From Acidobacteriota bacterium (GTDB taxonomy: Bacteria > Acidobacteriota > CAIWXX01): a stretch of DNA of 64,000 nucleotides. This document shows, piece after piece, positions 1 to 9,890 of the stretch. Where the stretch lies: positions 256,001 through 320,000 of the forward strand of contig JBFMAF010000024.1 of assembly GCA_040755995.1 (NCBI GenBank), in the 5' to 3' direction. The notes under the pieces were generated by a model, which was not told where the DNA came from, ran no database searches, and saw nothing but the letters and a program-made list of their open reading frames with translations. The position numbers and the translations under genes are program-made. Each line of letters begins with the position of its first letter. Position 1 is the stretch's first letter.

Positions 1-11
1 GGAGGCCAGCC

Positions 12-242
12 ATGAAGGAATTGTTGGAGCTCATTGCGAAGCAACTGGTTGACAATCCGGACAAGGTCTCTGTGACGGAAGTGGGCGGCGAGCAGACGAC
101 TGTGCTGGAGCTGAGGGTGGCTCAACAGGACCTGGGCAAGGTCATCGGCAAGCAGGGCCGGACGGCGCATGCGATCCGCACAATTCTGAACGCCGCAGGA
201 ATGAAGGTGAAGAAGCGGTTTGTGCTGGAAATCCTGGAGTAG
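12..242 (+). CDS. khpA: KH-domain RNA-binding protein KhpA (YlqC/UPF0109)
   Basis: 76 aa; [19 protein letters not shown] motif; GGAGG SD at 1-5; usual position upstream of rimM. Confidence 0.95.
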   Translation: MKELLELIAKQLVDNPDKVSVTEVGGEQTTVLELRVAQQDLGKVIGKQGRTAHAIRTILNAAGMKVKKRFVLEILE

Positions 243-326
243 CAGAGAGTCACGGGCGACCGCCGGGACGACGCCCATAGCGAGCAGCTGTTGTCTTTCG
301 GAGGCCGCCAGGCAGGCGGAACGGTG

Positions 327-854
327 ATGCGACCCGACCGAGTCACTCTGGCCAAGGTGCGTCGCCCGCAGGGGCTCGGTGGCGAGCTCCGCCTCGACGT
401 TTGCACGGATTTCCCCGAGCATCTGCGCACGTTGAAGGAGGCCCTGTTGGAACGGCCGGACGGCCGCGTGGAGCCAGTGCGGATCGAATCAGTACGCCCA
501 GTGCGCGACGGCGTTGTACTGAAGACGTCTGCGGCGTCCTCGATCGAGGAGGCGCGGGGGCTCGTTGGGGCCGAGCTGTGCGTCCCCCGCGATCAGGCGT
601 GGCCGCTGCCCGAAGGGCATCACTATATCTTCGATCTGATAGGCTGTTCGGTGTTCGTGGATGGAGGCGAACGAGTCGGGAGTGTGAGCAGTGTGGAGGT
701 CGTGCCGACTTCCATGTTGCGAGTGGAATCGGCCGCGGGCCATCGCGAAGTACTCATCCCGTTTTGCGACACCATCTGCTATCGAGTCGAGCCCGAGCGC
801 GGTGAGATCTGGATTCGACCTCCTGAAGGACTGCTTGATCTCAATGCGGTTTGA
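327..854 (+). CDS. rimM: 16S rRNA processing protein RimM
   Basis: RPQGLGGEL N-terminal motif, HYIFDLIGC, VLIPF, PPEGLLDL C-terminus; synteny. Start ATG 327 (GTG 324 possible). Confidence 0.92.
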   Translation: MRPDRVTLAKVRRPQGLGGELRLDVCTDFPEHLRTLKEALLERPDGRVEPVRIESVRPVRDGVVLKTSAASSIEEARGLVGAELCVPRDQAWPLPEGHHYIFDLIGCSVFVDGGERVGSVSSVEVVPTSMLRVESAAGHREVLIPFCDTICYRVEPERGEIWIRPPEGLLDLNAV

Positions 855-1599
855 CATTCTCACTATCTTCCCCGAGTTCTTCGCCGGACCGATTGGGGGA
901 GGGCCCTTCTCATGTGGGCTCCTCAAGCGGGCCATTTCGGCCGGGCTGGTTTCCGTGCACGTCCACAACCTGCGGGATTGGGCCGAGGGGCCTCACCGGC
1001 AGGTGGATGATACGCCGTATGGCGGCGGGCCGGGGATGGTGATGAAGGTCGAACCGATCTGCCGCGCAATCGAGGCAATACGGGCCATGGCTGATCCCCC
1101 GGTGGTCGCGTTGCTTTCGGCGCAGGGGCGGCTCTTCGATCAGACGACCGCCTCTCGCTATCGGGCGGCAGGCCGTCTGGTGCTGATCTGCGGTCGCTAC
1201 GAGGGTGTCGATCGGCGTGTGGCGGACATGGTCGTGGACGAGGAGCTGTCGGTGGGTGATTTCGTGCTCGCCGGCGGCGAGATTGCCGCGCTGAACGTGA
1301 TCGAATCCGTTTCGCGGCTGGTGCCTGGCGCGGCGGGCAACCCGGAGTCGGTGGAGTCGGAGAGCTTCACGCGCGGGCTTCTGGACTATCCGCAATATAC
1401 GCGGCCGGCCGACTTCAACGGCTGGCGCGTGCCCGAGGAGCTGCTGTCGGGGCACCATGCGCGTATCGAGAGGTGGCGAAGGGAGGCGGCGCTGGAGCTG
1501 ACTCGACGCAACCGGCCGGATCTCTATCTGAAGCTCGCCGGAGACCCGGAGCGTCGCGAGGAGGTGTCGAGGAGGCGGGGCGAGGGCCATTTCGTGTAG
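844..1599 (+). CDS. trmD: tRNA (guanine37-N1)-methyltransferase
   Basis: [51 protein letters not shown] 844 overlaps rimM end. Confidence 0.97.
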   Translation: MRFDILTIFPEFFAGPIGGGPFSCGLLKRAISAGLVSVHVHNLRDWAEGPHRQVDDTPYGGGPGMVMKVEPICRAIEAIRAMADPPVVALLSAQGRLFDQTTASRYRAAGRLVLICGRYEGVDRRVADMVVDEELSVGDFVLAGGEIAALNVIESVSRLVPGAAGNPESVESESFTRGLLDYPQYTRPADFNGWRVPEELLSGHHARIERWRREAALELTRRNRPDLYLKLAGDPERREEVSRRRGEGHFV

Positions 1600-1667
1600 A
1601 ATCTGGAATCGTCTCGCGAGCCCGAGGAGCGAACCGGTCAGGAGAGGGTCAGGAAAGGAGAACACAG

Positions 1668-2078
1668 ATGCAACTTGCCAAGACATACGAGGAGTCGCGG
1701 CTGAAGGACCGGCAGGTGCCGGACTTCAGAGCCGGTGACACCGTCAAGGTTCATGTCAAGGTGAAAGAGGGTGAAAAGGAAAGAATACAGGCGTTCGAGG
1801 GAGTTGTGATAGCACGGCGGAGAGCGGGCCTGTCATCCACGTTCACCGTGAGGAAGGTTTCATTCAGGGTTGGAGTCGAACGGATATTCCCGCTTTACTC
1901 CCCCAACATCGACAAGATCGATGTGATCAAGCGAGGCGCCGGCAAGCGTGCGCGCTACTACTACCTGCGGAAGCTGCAGGGCAAGGCGGCCCGGTTGAAG
2001 GAGAAGCGGATTGTGCGGGCGGGCGCGTCGAGCGCGTCGAGCGCGGGGGCCGAGACGCATGTCGCGGGGGAGAAATAG
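1668..2078 (+). CDS. rplS: 50S ribosomal protein L19
   Basis: [47 protein letters not shown] before ATG 1668. Confidence 0.98.
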   Translation: MQLAKTYEESRLKDRQVPDFRAGDTVKVHVKVKEGEKERIQAFEGVVIARRRAGLSSTFTVRKVSFRVGVERIFPLYSPNIDKIDVIKRGAGKRARYYYLRKLQGKAARLKEKRIVRAGASSASSAGAETHVAGEK

Positions 2079-2184
2079 CGACGCTAGATCTCGCTCCGCA
2101 GATGGTAGAAACGCGGTGTAGTCGTTCAGGGAGAGAGCAGACACGGTGACGCGGTGAAGGGGTGCGGCGGGGAGTAGGGGAGGA

Positions 2185-2817
2185 ATGGCGCGTAGAAGTC
2201 GCTGCGGTCTCGCTCTTGAAGAGGAGCTCCATCGCCAGGGCTTCCGGCGTGTCGCCGGAGTGGACGAGGTTGGCCGCGGTGCTCTCTTCGGGCCGGTCGT
2301 CGCCGCTGCGGTCATCATTGACGGCCCTGCGCACCCCGCCCTCGACGACAGCAAGCTCCTCACCCCCGCCGCCCGCAAGGAGCTTGCGCTATGGGTCATG
2401 AAGCGGACGAGGTTCGCGGTGGCCAGCGCGAGTGTGGCGGAGATCGACCGGTACAACATTCGAATCGCCACGTTCGAGGCCATGACGCGGGCGCTCCGCC
2501 TTCTCGACCCTGCGCCCGACTTCGTCCTCGTCGACGGGTATCCGATTTCCCGCCTGGACCTGCCGCAGGAGGGTGTGATCGGAGGCGACAGAACCTCCGC
2601 ATCCATCGCCGCGGCCTCCATCGTCGCCAAGGTCATGCGCGATCATCTGATGAGACTGTATGCCGAAAGGTTCCCGTGCTATAATCTGGGCCAAAACAAG
2701 GGATATGGGTCTGTGATGCACAAGGAGGCAATCCAGAGGTTCGGATTGACCGAACATCACCGCCGGTCGTTCTGCGGGTCGCTGGACAATCGACAACTGG
2801 CGCTCGGCTACGCGTGA
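2185..2817 (+). CDS. rnhB: Ribonuclease HII
   Basis: AGVDEVGRGALFGPVVAAAV, LDDSKLL, VLVDG, SIAAASIVAKV, NKGYG, HRRSF. Confidence 0.96.
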   Translation: MARRSRCGLALEEELHRQGFRRVAGVDEVGRGALFGPVVAAAVIIDGPAHPALDDSKLLTPAARKELALWVMKRTRFAVASASVAEIDRYNIRIATFEAMTRALRLLDPAPDFVLVDGYPISRLDLPQEGVIGGDRTSASIAAASIVAKVMRDHLMRLYAERFPCYNLGQNKGYGSVMHKEAIQRFGLTEHHRRSFCGSLDNRQLALGYA

Positions 2818-2824
2818 GACGACA

Positions 2825-5800
2825 ATGGCCGTCAATCGAGAGAAGATAAACAAGAACGCCGAGAAGCACATCAAGGCCGGGCGGCTCGAGGCCGCGATCT
2901 CCGAGTACCTGATTCTTCTCAAGGAGAATCCGAAAGACTGGCAGACTCGGAACCAGGTCGGCGACCTGTATGCCCGGCTGGGGAAGGTGAGAGAGGCCGT
3001 CCATCACTGGACGGAGATGGCCGAGTTCTACGCGCAGGACGGCTTCCTCCTGAAAGCCATCGCCATGTACGGCAAGGTCAGGCGAATCGATCCGAATAAC
3101 CTGAACATAGTCCTGAAGCTCGCTGATCTGAATGCGAAACAGGGCCTGATCAACGACGCGCGCGACCTGTACGTCGATGTCGCGGGCCAGTTCCAGACGC
3201 AAGGCAAGATCGATGACGCGCTGAATGTTTACAGGCGCATCGTCGACATCGATCGCGACAACATCAAAATCCGGATCAAGCTTGCAGAGCTTTACGCCAA
3301 AGAGAAGATGATGGCGGAGGCTGTCGAGGAGTTCACGCGAGCCGCCGAGGAGCTCCAGCGACGCGGGCAGACCGAGGAGTGCGTACAGGTCCTGAACCAG
3401 GCCATGGCCATGGATCGCGGCAACCCTCAGGCCGTTCTGGCACTGGCCAAGGTAATGTCCAACGCAGGCCAGCAGAAGGAGGCCCTGCACGCCGTCGAAG
3501 AGGCGCTGCAAGCCAACGCGAACTCACCGCTCCTTCTCAAGTTCCTCGGCGAGACGTATCTCAAAGCTCAGGACTTCGGCAACGCAGAGAAATTCTACAA
3601 GCGCCTGGTGGAGACCGACCCGACAGAAACCCAGAATCTGCTCGCGCTGGGCCAGCAGTACCTCAAGCGCAATCAACTCGAACGCGCACTCGACCTCTTC
3701 GAGCCGGTCGTCAATGTGCTGGTCAAACAGCGTGAAGGCGAGAAGGCCATCGGACTGCTGCGCACCATTCTGAACGTCAGCTCGAGCCACATCCCGACCC
3801 TCAGGAAGCTCGTCGATATTTACCAGACTTTCAAACAGCGTACGAACCTCATCGCCGCGCTCAGTTCTCTCTCGGATGCGCTGTATGCCTCAGGCGACAG
3901 CCAGGCCGCGCTGGCTGCCATGCAGCAGGTGATCGACCTCGACCCGGAGAACTACTCACATCGCGAGAAGCTGGTGAAGATCCAGGGCGAGAAAGAGGCA
4001 CAGGCCCCGCAGGCGCCCGCGGCCGCCGGCCGTCCGTCCGCCGCGCCGGTCGAGGCACCCGAGGTCGAGAGGCCTCTCCCGCCGAGGCCGCCCGCGCGAC
4101 CCAAGCCCCCTCGACTGGACACGGACGAAGGCGTCCCGGCCCAGGTACTCGAGTACCTCACCGAGGCCGATGTCTTCACGCGCTACAACCTCGTCGACAA
4201 GGCCCTGGAACAACTTCTCGCAGCGATCAAGCTCGATCCGCGCAACTGCCGCGCACACACCCACCTGCGCGAGATCTACCAGGAGAAAGGGTACATCCCA
4301 GAGGCCATCGCAGAGAGCATCACGGTTTCGGAGATACTGCAGGAGCAGGGGGAGATCGACGCGGCGCGAGAGGTTCTCATGGAGGCGTCGCAACTCGATC
4401 CGACCTCCGCGCCGCTGCGGTCGCGAATGGAGGCGCTCGAGCGCGGAGCCGCTCCGCCTCCGGAACCTGCGCGCGCCCGGGCCAAACCCGGCGCTGCGCC
4501 GCCGGCCGCCAGGCCCGCCAAGGCGGCCAGGGTGGAAGAGGAGGAGGAGTTTGAGATAGACCTGACGCTGCTGGAGGCGGTGGAGCAGCCGGAGGAGCCC
4601 TCGCGGCTCCTGAGAGAAGTCGAGGAGGTGAAGGAGGAGGAGCCCGCCACGGCCGCGCTCCCGCCGGAGGACTTCGTCGAGGCGATTGACGAGGTGCCCG
4701 AGCTGGTGGATGAGATCGGCACCGGGGCCGCCGTCTCGGAATTCGAACAGACGATTCGTACGAGCCGCGAAGCGGTGGAAGCCAGACGGGAGGAAGAAGA
4801 GGTCGGGCTGCTGGACGAGTTCGGACCCGGGGCGGAAGGAGCTGCCGCCGAAGTGATCGAGCTGCCGGAAGAACCGGTCGAGATCGAGCCGGCACTGGCG
4901 GAGGGCCCCGAGGAAGTGGCAGCGCTGGAAATGCCGGAGCTGGTGGAGGAAGAACGACTTGAGGTCGAGGAGCGCCCGGTGTTCGGGGAGCCTCAGGAGG
5001 TCGAGATGCCGGAGATCGACCTCGAAGCGCTTGCGCTGGAGGTCGAGGCAGCGCCGAAGCCTGGGAAGCCCGCGGCGCCGCCGCCACCGGTGGCACCTCT
5101 GGCACCGCCCGCCGTAGCGAAGCCCGCCGTGCCGCCGACACCAGTGGCGCCTCCGGCACCGCCCGCAGTGGTGAGACCCGCGGCGCCGCCAACACCGATG
5201 GTGCCTCCGGCACCGCCCGCTGTAGTGAAGCCCGCCGTGCCGCCCGCGCCGGTCGCGCCACCGAAACCGCCTGTGCGCGCGCCCGTTGCGCAACCTCCTG
5301 TGGTGGCCAAGCCGGCGCCACCGCCACCCATCGTGAAGGCGCCGATCCCGGAAATCACGCCGCCGCGCCCGCCAGTCGTCCAGCGACCGATGCCAACGCC
5401 TCCCCCGCCCGTGGCCAGGCCCACGCCGTCTTTCGCAGAGGACATCCCGGAGTTGCGTGACCTCATCGAAGAGGTCGCGCGGCTGAACGTGCATCTGGAG
5501 CCGCCCAGGCCGCCTGCGAGTGCGCCGCCGCCTCCTCCCGTCGCGCCGGTTCCGCCGGTGGTGACGAGACCGCCGGAGATAATGGCGGCGAAGCCGCCCG
5601 TGAGGCTGGGCACGGAGGCTCCGCTGACTCTGGACGAGGTTCTGCTGGAGGACATTGCGGAGCTGGAAGCAATCGTGAAGGATGCGGCCAAGGGTTTGCA
5701 GCCGAGGCCCGCAGGAGTTGCGCGGGGGCCGGCAGGAATTGCAGAAGAAGAAGCGGCCGATTTGATCTCGACATTGGATGAGATCGAGGAGGTTGGGGAG

Positions 5801-6556
5801 GTTGAGGCGGCGGAGGTGATGGCGGCTGACCTCTCGCAAGCGCCGATCGCCCCCGGCCTCGAGGAAGCGCTCGCGGGAGCTCCGGCCGTCCGCGAAGAGG
5901 TGCCCACGCTGGACCTGGAAGACAGGGTCGACATCACCGCCGTGACGATGGCACCTCCGGAGCCGGCGGCGCGGATCGAGGCGGCTGCCGAGCCGGAGAA
6001 ATTCTTCGATCTGGGTAGCGAGCTCGAGGCGGACCTGCTGAAGGCCGAGGCGGTGAGGGCGGCTGGCGAGGGGGAGATCGTCACAGACGAGAGCCAGTCG
6101 TACCAGGAGAAGAGCCTGGAGGAGCTCTTTACGGAATTCAAGCGCGGGATTGACAAGCAGCTCGGCGAAGAGGATTTCGACACGCGCTACAATCTTGGGA
6201 TCGCCTACAAGGAAATGGGGCTGATCGACGAGGCCATCGGGCAATTCCAGATCGCGGCTCGCGACCCGACGAAGTTTCTCGAGTGCTGCTCGCTGCTCGG
6301 CCTCTGTTTCCTCGAGAAAGGTATGCCCAAGCAGGCTGTGTCGTGGTTGAAGAAGGGGATCGAATCGCCCGGTCATAAAGACGAGGAGTACCAGGGACTC
6401 CGCTACGATCTCGGGTTGGCCTATGAGCAGTGCGGCGAGTATGGCAAGGCGATGGAGGCTTTCCGTGATGTCTTCGGATTCAATGCGAACTACAGGGCGG
6501 TAGGGGAGAAGATCAAGGAACTCGAGGCCCATCTGGCTCGAAGCAAACGGTCGTGA
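2825..6556 (+). CDS. Large TPR protein, SgmX-like architecture (N-terminal TPR array, acidic/Pro-rich linker, C-terminal TPRs)
   Basis: Repeated TPR helices over the first ~390 aa; Pro/Glu-rich linker; C-terminal ELFTEFKRGIDKQLGEEDFDTRYNLGIAYKEMGLIDEAI resembles the Myxococcus SgmX C-terminus as I recall it. Confidence 0.85.
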   Translation: MAVNREKINKNAEKHIKAGRLEAAISEYLILLKENPKDWQTRNQVGDLYARLGKVREAVHHWTEMAEFYAQDGFLLKAIAMYGKVRRIDPNNLNIVLKLADLNAKQGLINDARDLYVDVAGQFQTQGKIDDALNVYRRIVDIDRDNIKIRIKLAELYAKEKMMAEAVEEFTRAAEELQRRGQTEECVQVLNQAMAMDRGNPQAVLALAKVMSNAGQQKEALHAVEEALQANANSPLLLKFLGETYLKAQDFGNAEKFYKRLVETDPTETQNLLALGQQYLKRNQLERALDLFEPVVNVLVKQREGEKAIGLLRTILNVSSSHIPTLRKLVDIYQTFKQRTNLIAALSSLSDALYASGDSQAALAAMQQVIDLDPENYSHREKLVKIQGEKEAQAPQAPAAAGRPSAAPVEAPEVERPLPPRPPARPKPPRLDTDEGVPAQVLEYLTEADVFTRYNLVDKALEQLLAAIKLDPRNCRAHTHLREIYQEKGYIPEAIAESITVSEILQEQGEIDAAREVLMEASQLDPTSAPLRSRMEALERGAAPPPEPARARAKPGAAPPAARPAKAARVEEEEEFEIDLTLLEAVEQPEEPSRLLREVEEVKEEEPATAALPPEDFVEAIDEVPELVDEIGTGAAVSEFEQTIRTSREAVEARREEEEVGLLDEFGPGAEGAAAEVIELPEEPVEIEPALAEGPEEVAALEMPELVEEERLEVEERPVFGEPQEVEMPEIDLEALALEVEAAPKPGKPAAPPPPVAPLAPPAVAKPAVPPTPVAPPAPPAVVRPAAPPTPMVPPAPPAVVKPAVPPAPVAPPKPPVRAPVAQPPVVAKPAPPPPIVKAPIPEITPPRPPVVQRPMPTPPPPVARPTPSFAEDIPELRDLIEEVARLNVHLEPPRPPASAPPPPPVAPVPPVVTRPPEIMAAKPPVRLGTEAPLTLDEVLLEDIAELEAIVKDAAKGLQPRPAGVARGPAGIAEEEAADLISTLDEIEEVGEVEAAEVMAADLSQAPIAPGLEEALAGAPAVREEVPTLDLEDRVDITAVTMAPPEPAARIEAAAEPEKFFDLGSELEADLLKAEAVRAAGEGEIVTDESQSYQEKSLEELFTEFKRGIDKQLGEEDFDTRYNLGIAYKEMGLIDEAIGQFQIAARDPTKFLECCSLLGLCFLEKGMPKQAVSWLKKGIESPGHKDEEYQGLRYDLGLAYEQCGEYGKAMEAFRDVFGFNANYRAVGEKIKELEAHLARSKRS
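5066..5272 (+). repeat. Coding 54-bp (18-aa) tandem repeat, about 3.8 copies, in the Pro-rich linker
   Basis: Units start at 5066, 5120, 5174, 5228: (K/R)PA(A/V)PPxP(V/M)xPxAPPAVx. Confidence 0.85.
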
Positions 6557-6822
6557 GTCCCACCTGGGCGCTCTACTCGTACATCATCTGCTCGTACGCA
6601 GCAGGCATAGTGCTGTGCCTCGCTCCATGGTCCACCCTCTGGGACCACAACTACTTCGTCGAGCTCCTGGGGATTCGCGACACGATTGCGAGCGGCTGGG
6701 TGCGCGGCGCCATCAGCGGGCTGGGGGCGGTGAACCTGATGCTGGCCATCCGATCGATTCTCTCGATCTCGAAGCTCCCGGCCAAGACGACCGATGCCGG
6801 GCAACATGAAATCGAGGTGTGA
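6553..6822 (+). CDS. Small membrane protein, two hydrophobic segments
   Basis: GTGA overlap with upstream stop; GIVLCLAPWSTLWDHN and WVRGAISGLGAVNL segments. Confidence 0.7.
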   Translation: MSPTWALYSYIICSYAAGIVLCLAPWSTLWDHNYFVELLGIRDTIASGWVRGAISGLGAVNLMLAIRSILSISKLPAKTTDAGQHEIEV

Positions 6823-6823
6823 G

Positions 6824-7576
6824 GTGCTATCCACGAATCGCTTGACATTCCGGGAGGTGCGAGCAGCGCTGTTTCGCACGAAGCACGGGTTCTTCCTGTT
6901 GTTCGGCGCTCTCTTCGGCGGCATCCCAACGGTGATTTCCGTCTTCTTCGCGATCGGCATGCTCAATGAACGTGCGATCCTGCGGGACGGGCATCCGGCC
7001 ACGGCGACGGTCAAGGGAAAGCATATCAGCTCGGACAGCGACAGCACCTCGTACTACGTCGTATACGAGTTCCGGGCGGCGAACGGGCGGACGTACGGAG
7101 GCCAGAGGAGTGCCGACAATCGAACCTACTACGCGACAGACGAGGGCTCGAGATTCACTCTGTACTACTCGCCCGAGGACCCGTTCGACATAGCGATCCC
7201 CGGCCACCCCGCCATGCCGTGGTGGGTCCTGCTGTTCCTGTCGCTGTTCATGGTCGTCGGAGGCACCCTCGCGTACTTCGGCGTGCGAGGTCTGCGGTCG
7301 AAACTACGCACATTCGGTTCCGGGCTTCAGGCTACGGCCAAGAATCTCGGCGTGCGCGAGGACCCGTCGATGCGCGTGAACAACAGGCCGTGCCGGTCGA
7401 TCGAGTTCTCCTTCAACGACTTTCAGGGCCGCTCCTACACATGCCGGTCCAGCTTCCTCAGCGACAAGATGCTCGCGTCGATCGAGGGCATGGAAGAGGT
7501 CCCCATCGTCTATCTGCCCGATCGCCCCGAAGAAGCCGACCTGGACCTCGACCGCCTCGCCGAGCGCGGCCTCTGA
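6824..7576 (+). CDS. DUF3592-like membrane protein, two related halves
   Basis: TM - G..ATATV...YYVVYEFRAANGRTY...LYYSPEDP - TM - second similar unit ending IVYLPDRPE; GTG 6824 after GAGG (ATG 6794 alternative). Confidence 0.7.
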   Translation: MLSTNRLTFREVRAALFRTKHGFFLLFGALFGGIPTVISVFFAIGMLNERAILRDGHPATATVKGKHISSDSDSTSYYVVYEFRAANGRTYGGQRSADNRTYYATDEGSRFTLYYSPEDPFDIAIPGHPAMPWWVLLFLSLFMVVGGTLAYFGVRGLRSKLRTFGSGLQATAKNLGVREDPSMRVNNRPCRSIEFSFNDFQGRSYTCRSSFLSDKMLASIEGMEEVPIVYLPDRPEEADLDLDRLAERGL

Positions 7577-7614
7577 CCAAGGAAGCATGCGAGTCCGCTC
7601 TGCCCGCCCCCGGC

Positions 7615-7644
7615 GTAGAGAGTGGAGAGTAGAGAGTGGACAGC
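7615..7644 (+). repeat. Heptamer repeat (AGAGTRG)n; inverted copy at 52799-52836
   Basis: gtagagagtggagagtagagagtggacagc. Confidence 0.8.
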
Positions 7645-7749
7645 TTTCGCGTGACTGGGACGCATCGCGCCAAGACTTGACCGGATCGCGAGAGGTTTCT
7701 TTCACGTCAAGCCATTCTAGATCGGACGAACGAGAGGAGGTACTGAGAG

Positions 7750-8922
7750 ATGGGCAAGCCGTCATCCTATCGCGAAGTTGTCTTCCGGCCGACACTCTGG
7801 AACAGGATCGAGGCCGAGGCGAAGCGACGGAGCGAGGGCGGGCAACCGCCTTACATGCTGCACATCGGCGATACTTGGCTGGATCTGCCGAAGGAGCTTT
7901 TCGAGCCGCTCGAGTATGAGCCCTGGGCCCAGATGCTCTCGCGCTACGGCTCGACTCAGGGACAGATCGAGCTCCGCGATCGACTCGCGACCAAGCTGAG
8001 ATTGAGGAACCGGCTCCCGGTGCAGGGGCCCGAGCAGGTTCAGATCACCTACGGCGCCACCGGCGGGCTCTTTCTCGTGCTGCACGGAATCCTCGAGAAG
8101 GACAGCGAAGTGCTGACGCTGTGCCCGTTCTGGCCGATCCTGCGGACACTGGCCGCCTGGGCGAACGTACGGCTGATCGAAGTGCCGTTCTTCGATCGCA
8201 TCACCACGGCTGCAGACGAGGTGGACATCGAGGCGATCCTGCGGCCGTTTCTGACCGACAGGACATCAGCCGTCTACTTCAACTACCCGAACAATCCCTG
8301 CGGCGTGTTCCTCCGACCCGGGCATCTCGAGCAGATCGCGCGCTTCGCCGCGAAGAACGACCTGTGGATCATCTCGGACGAGGCATACGAGGATTTCGTC
8401 TGGGTCGATGAACCATTCGTAAGCACAGGGGCGCTCCCGGGCGCGTTCGACCGTACGATCTCCGTGTTCACCTTCTCCAAGAGCTACGCCGCAGCCGGGC
8501 TGCGCCTTGGCTGCATCACCGGCCAGCTCGGCGTCGTGGCCACGCTCAATCCGCTCAACGTCGCCACCGGTTACGAACCCGGTCGCCTGGCGCAGGTCCA
8601 GTGGATTCGCGCGCTGGAGCGCCACGATGCCATCGTGAGCAGGCTGAGGCAGGCATACCGCGATGGGCTGCGCGCGGTGGAAACGAATCTTAAGGTGCCC
8701 TACTTGAGGCCCGAGGGCTCCTTCTACGTGTTCGTCGACCTTCGCGAAAGGTGGAAGGGACTGGACGAGTCGCAGAAGATGAGCAGGATGATCGAGGCAG
8801 GTGTCGTCCTGGCTCCTGGCGAAGCATTCGGAGCCGCCTACGACGGATGGGCGCGGTTCTGCTACACGGCTCTGCCGCCGGAAGAGATAGGCAAGGCCGC
8901 GCAGCGCGTTAACCGGCTCTAG
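7750..8922 (+). CDS. PLP-dependent aminotransferase, class I/II
   Basis: NYPNNPCG, IISDEAY, FTFSKSYAAAGLRLG (PLP lysine), PEGSFYVF; GAGGAGG SD. Confidence 0.92.
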   Translation: MGKPSSYREVVFRPTLWNRIEAEAKRRSEGGQPPYMLHIGDTWLDLPKELFEPLEYEPWAQMLSRYGSTQGQIELRDRLATKLRLRNRLPVQGPEQVQITYGATGGLFLVLHGILEKDSEVLTLCPFWPILRTLAAWANVRLIEVPFFDRITTAADEVDIEAILRPFLTDRTSAVYFNYPNNPCGVFLRPGHLEQIARFAAKNDLWIISDEAYEDFVWVDEPFVSTGALPGAFDRTISVFTFSKSYAAAGLRLGCITGQLGVVATLNPLNVATGYEPGRLAQVQWIRALERHDAIVSRLRQAYRDGLRAVETNLKVPYLRPEGSFYVFVDLRERWKGLDESQKMSRMIEAGVVLAPGEAFGAAYDGWARFCYTALPPEEIGKAAQRVNRL

Positions 8923-8944
8923 ACTTCCTCCGGAGGCGATCGGC

Positions 8945-9754
8945 ATGGAGCGAAAGATCGGATTCGCACAATTCGAACCCAGGTTCGGCGAAACGGATGC
9001 AAACCTGCGGGCGGTGGAGCGGCTGGCGGCGGAGGCCGCGGGCGCGGACCTGCTTGTGTTCCCGGAGCTCGCGGTCTCCGGCTACGAGTTCGTCGATCGC
9101 GATGAGCTCTTGTCGCTGGCCGAGCCATTCGGCGACGGGCCGACCTCGGTGCTCGCCAGGTCGTTGGCGATCTTGCACAACGCGGCGCTCGTCATCGGCT
9201 ATCCGGAGAGCTGCGGCGAAATGTTATACAATTCGTGCGTCATCGCTACACCCGACGGGCGGCTCGCGAACTATCGCAAGACGCATCTCTTCTCGCGCGA
9301 GACGGTCATGTTCGCGCGCGGAGAGGCCCCGCCTCCGGTCGTGCAGACGCCGGCCGGCCGAGTGGGCGTGATGGTTTGTTTCGACTGGGTGTTTCCAGAG
9401 GCCTCTCGAATTCTGGCGCTTGCCGGCGCCCAGATCATTGCGCATCCTTCCAACCTGGTGCTCCAGTTCTGCCAGCGCGTCATGTTCGCGAGGAGTGTCG
9501 AGAACGCCGTCTACTCGATCACTGCGAATCGGATCGGTACCGAGTCGCGAGCCGGCCGGACGTTGACGTTCACCGGGGCCAGCCAGATACTGAGTCCCCA
9601 AGGGGAGCTCCTGGCGCAGGCCCCGACCGACGCCGAATGCGTATCGATCGTGACCTCCGACATCTCGCGTGCAGACGACAAGCGAATGACCGAGTGCAAC
9701 GACCTGCTCGCCGACCGGCGCGTGGAGCTTTACGGAACTCTGCTGGATAGATGA
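8945..9754 (+). CDS. Nitrilase-family carbon-nitrogen hydrolase (amidase)
   Basis: Catalytic E-K-C triad motifs VFPEL, YRKTHLF, MVCFDWVFPE. Confidence 0.92.
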   Translation: MERKIGFAQFEPRFGETDANLRAVERLAAEAAGADLLVFPELAVSGYEFVDRDELLSLAEPFGDGPTSVLARSLAILHNAALVIGYPESCGEMLYNSCVIATPDGRLANYRKTHLFSRETVMFARGEAPPPVVQTPAGRVGVMVCFDWVFPEASRILALAGAQIIAHPSNLVLQFCQRVMFARSVENAVYSITANRIGTESRAGRTLTFTGASQILSPQGELLAQAPTDAECVSIVTSDISRADDKRMTECNDLLADRRVELYGTLLDR

Positions 9755-9776
9755 AGGGGCCGTGCACAGCGCGGCT

Positions 9777-9824
9777 GACGCAGTGACACGGGGACGCGGA
9801 GAGGCGGAGACGTGGTGACCCGAA
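9777..9824 (+). repeat. Octamer tandem repeat of the same family, 6 units
   Basis: gacgcagt gacacggg gacgcgga gaggcgga gacgtggt gacccgaa. Confidence 0.8.
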
Positions 9825-9890
9825 GATGCGCAAGCAGGGCCGCTGGATGCCGATTCATGCCGTGTGACTCCATGCTACAATAAGGGCGTC

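Noticed and set aside
3956..6532. 858-aa minus-strand ORF, and similar long antisense ORFs (28703-30925, 40329-42128, 57202-58770, 14933-16312)
   Set aside because: Shadows of well-supported genes on the opposite strand; expected at high GC; no recognizable motifs
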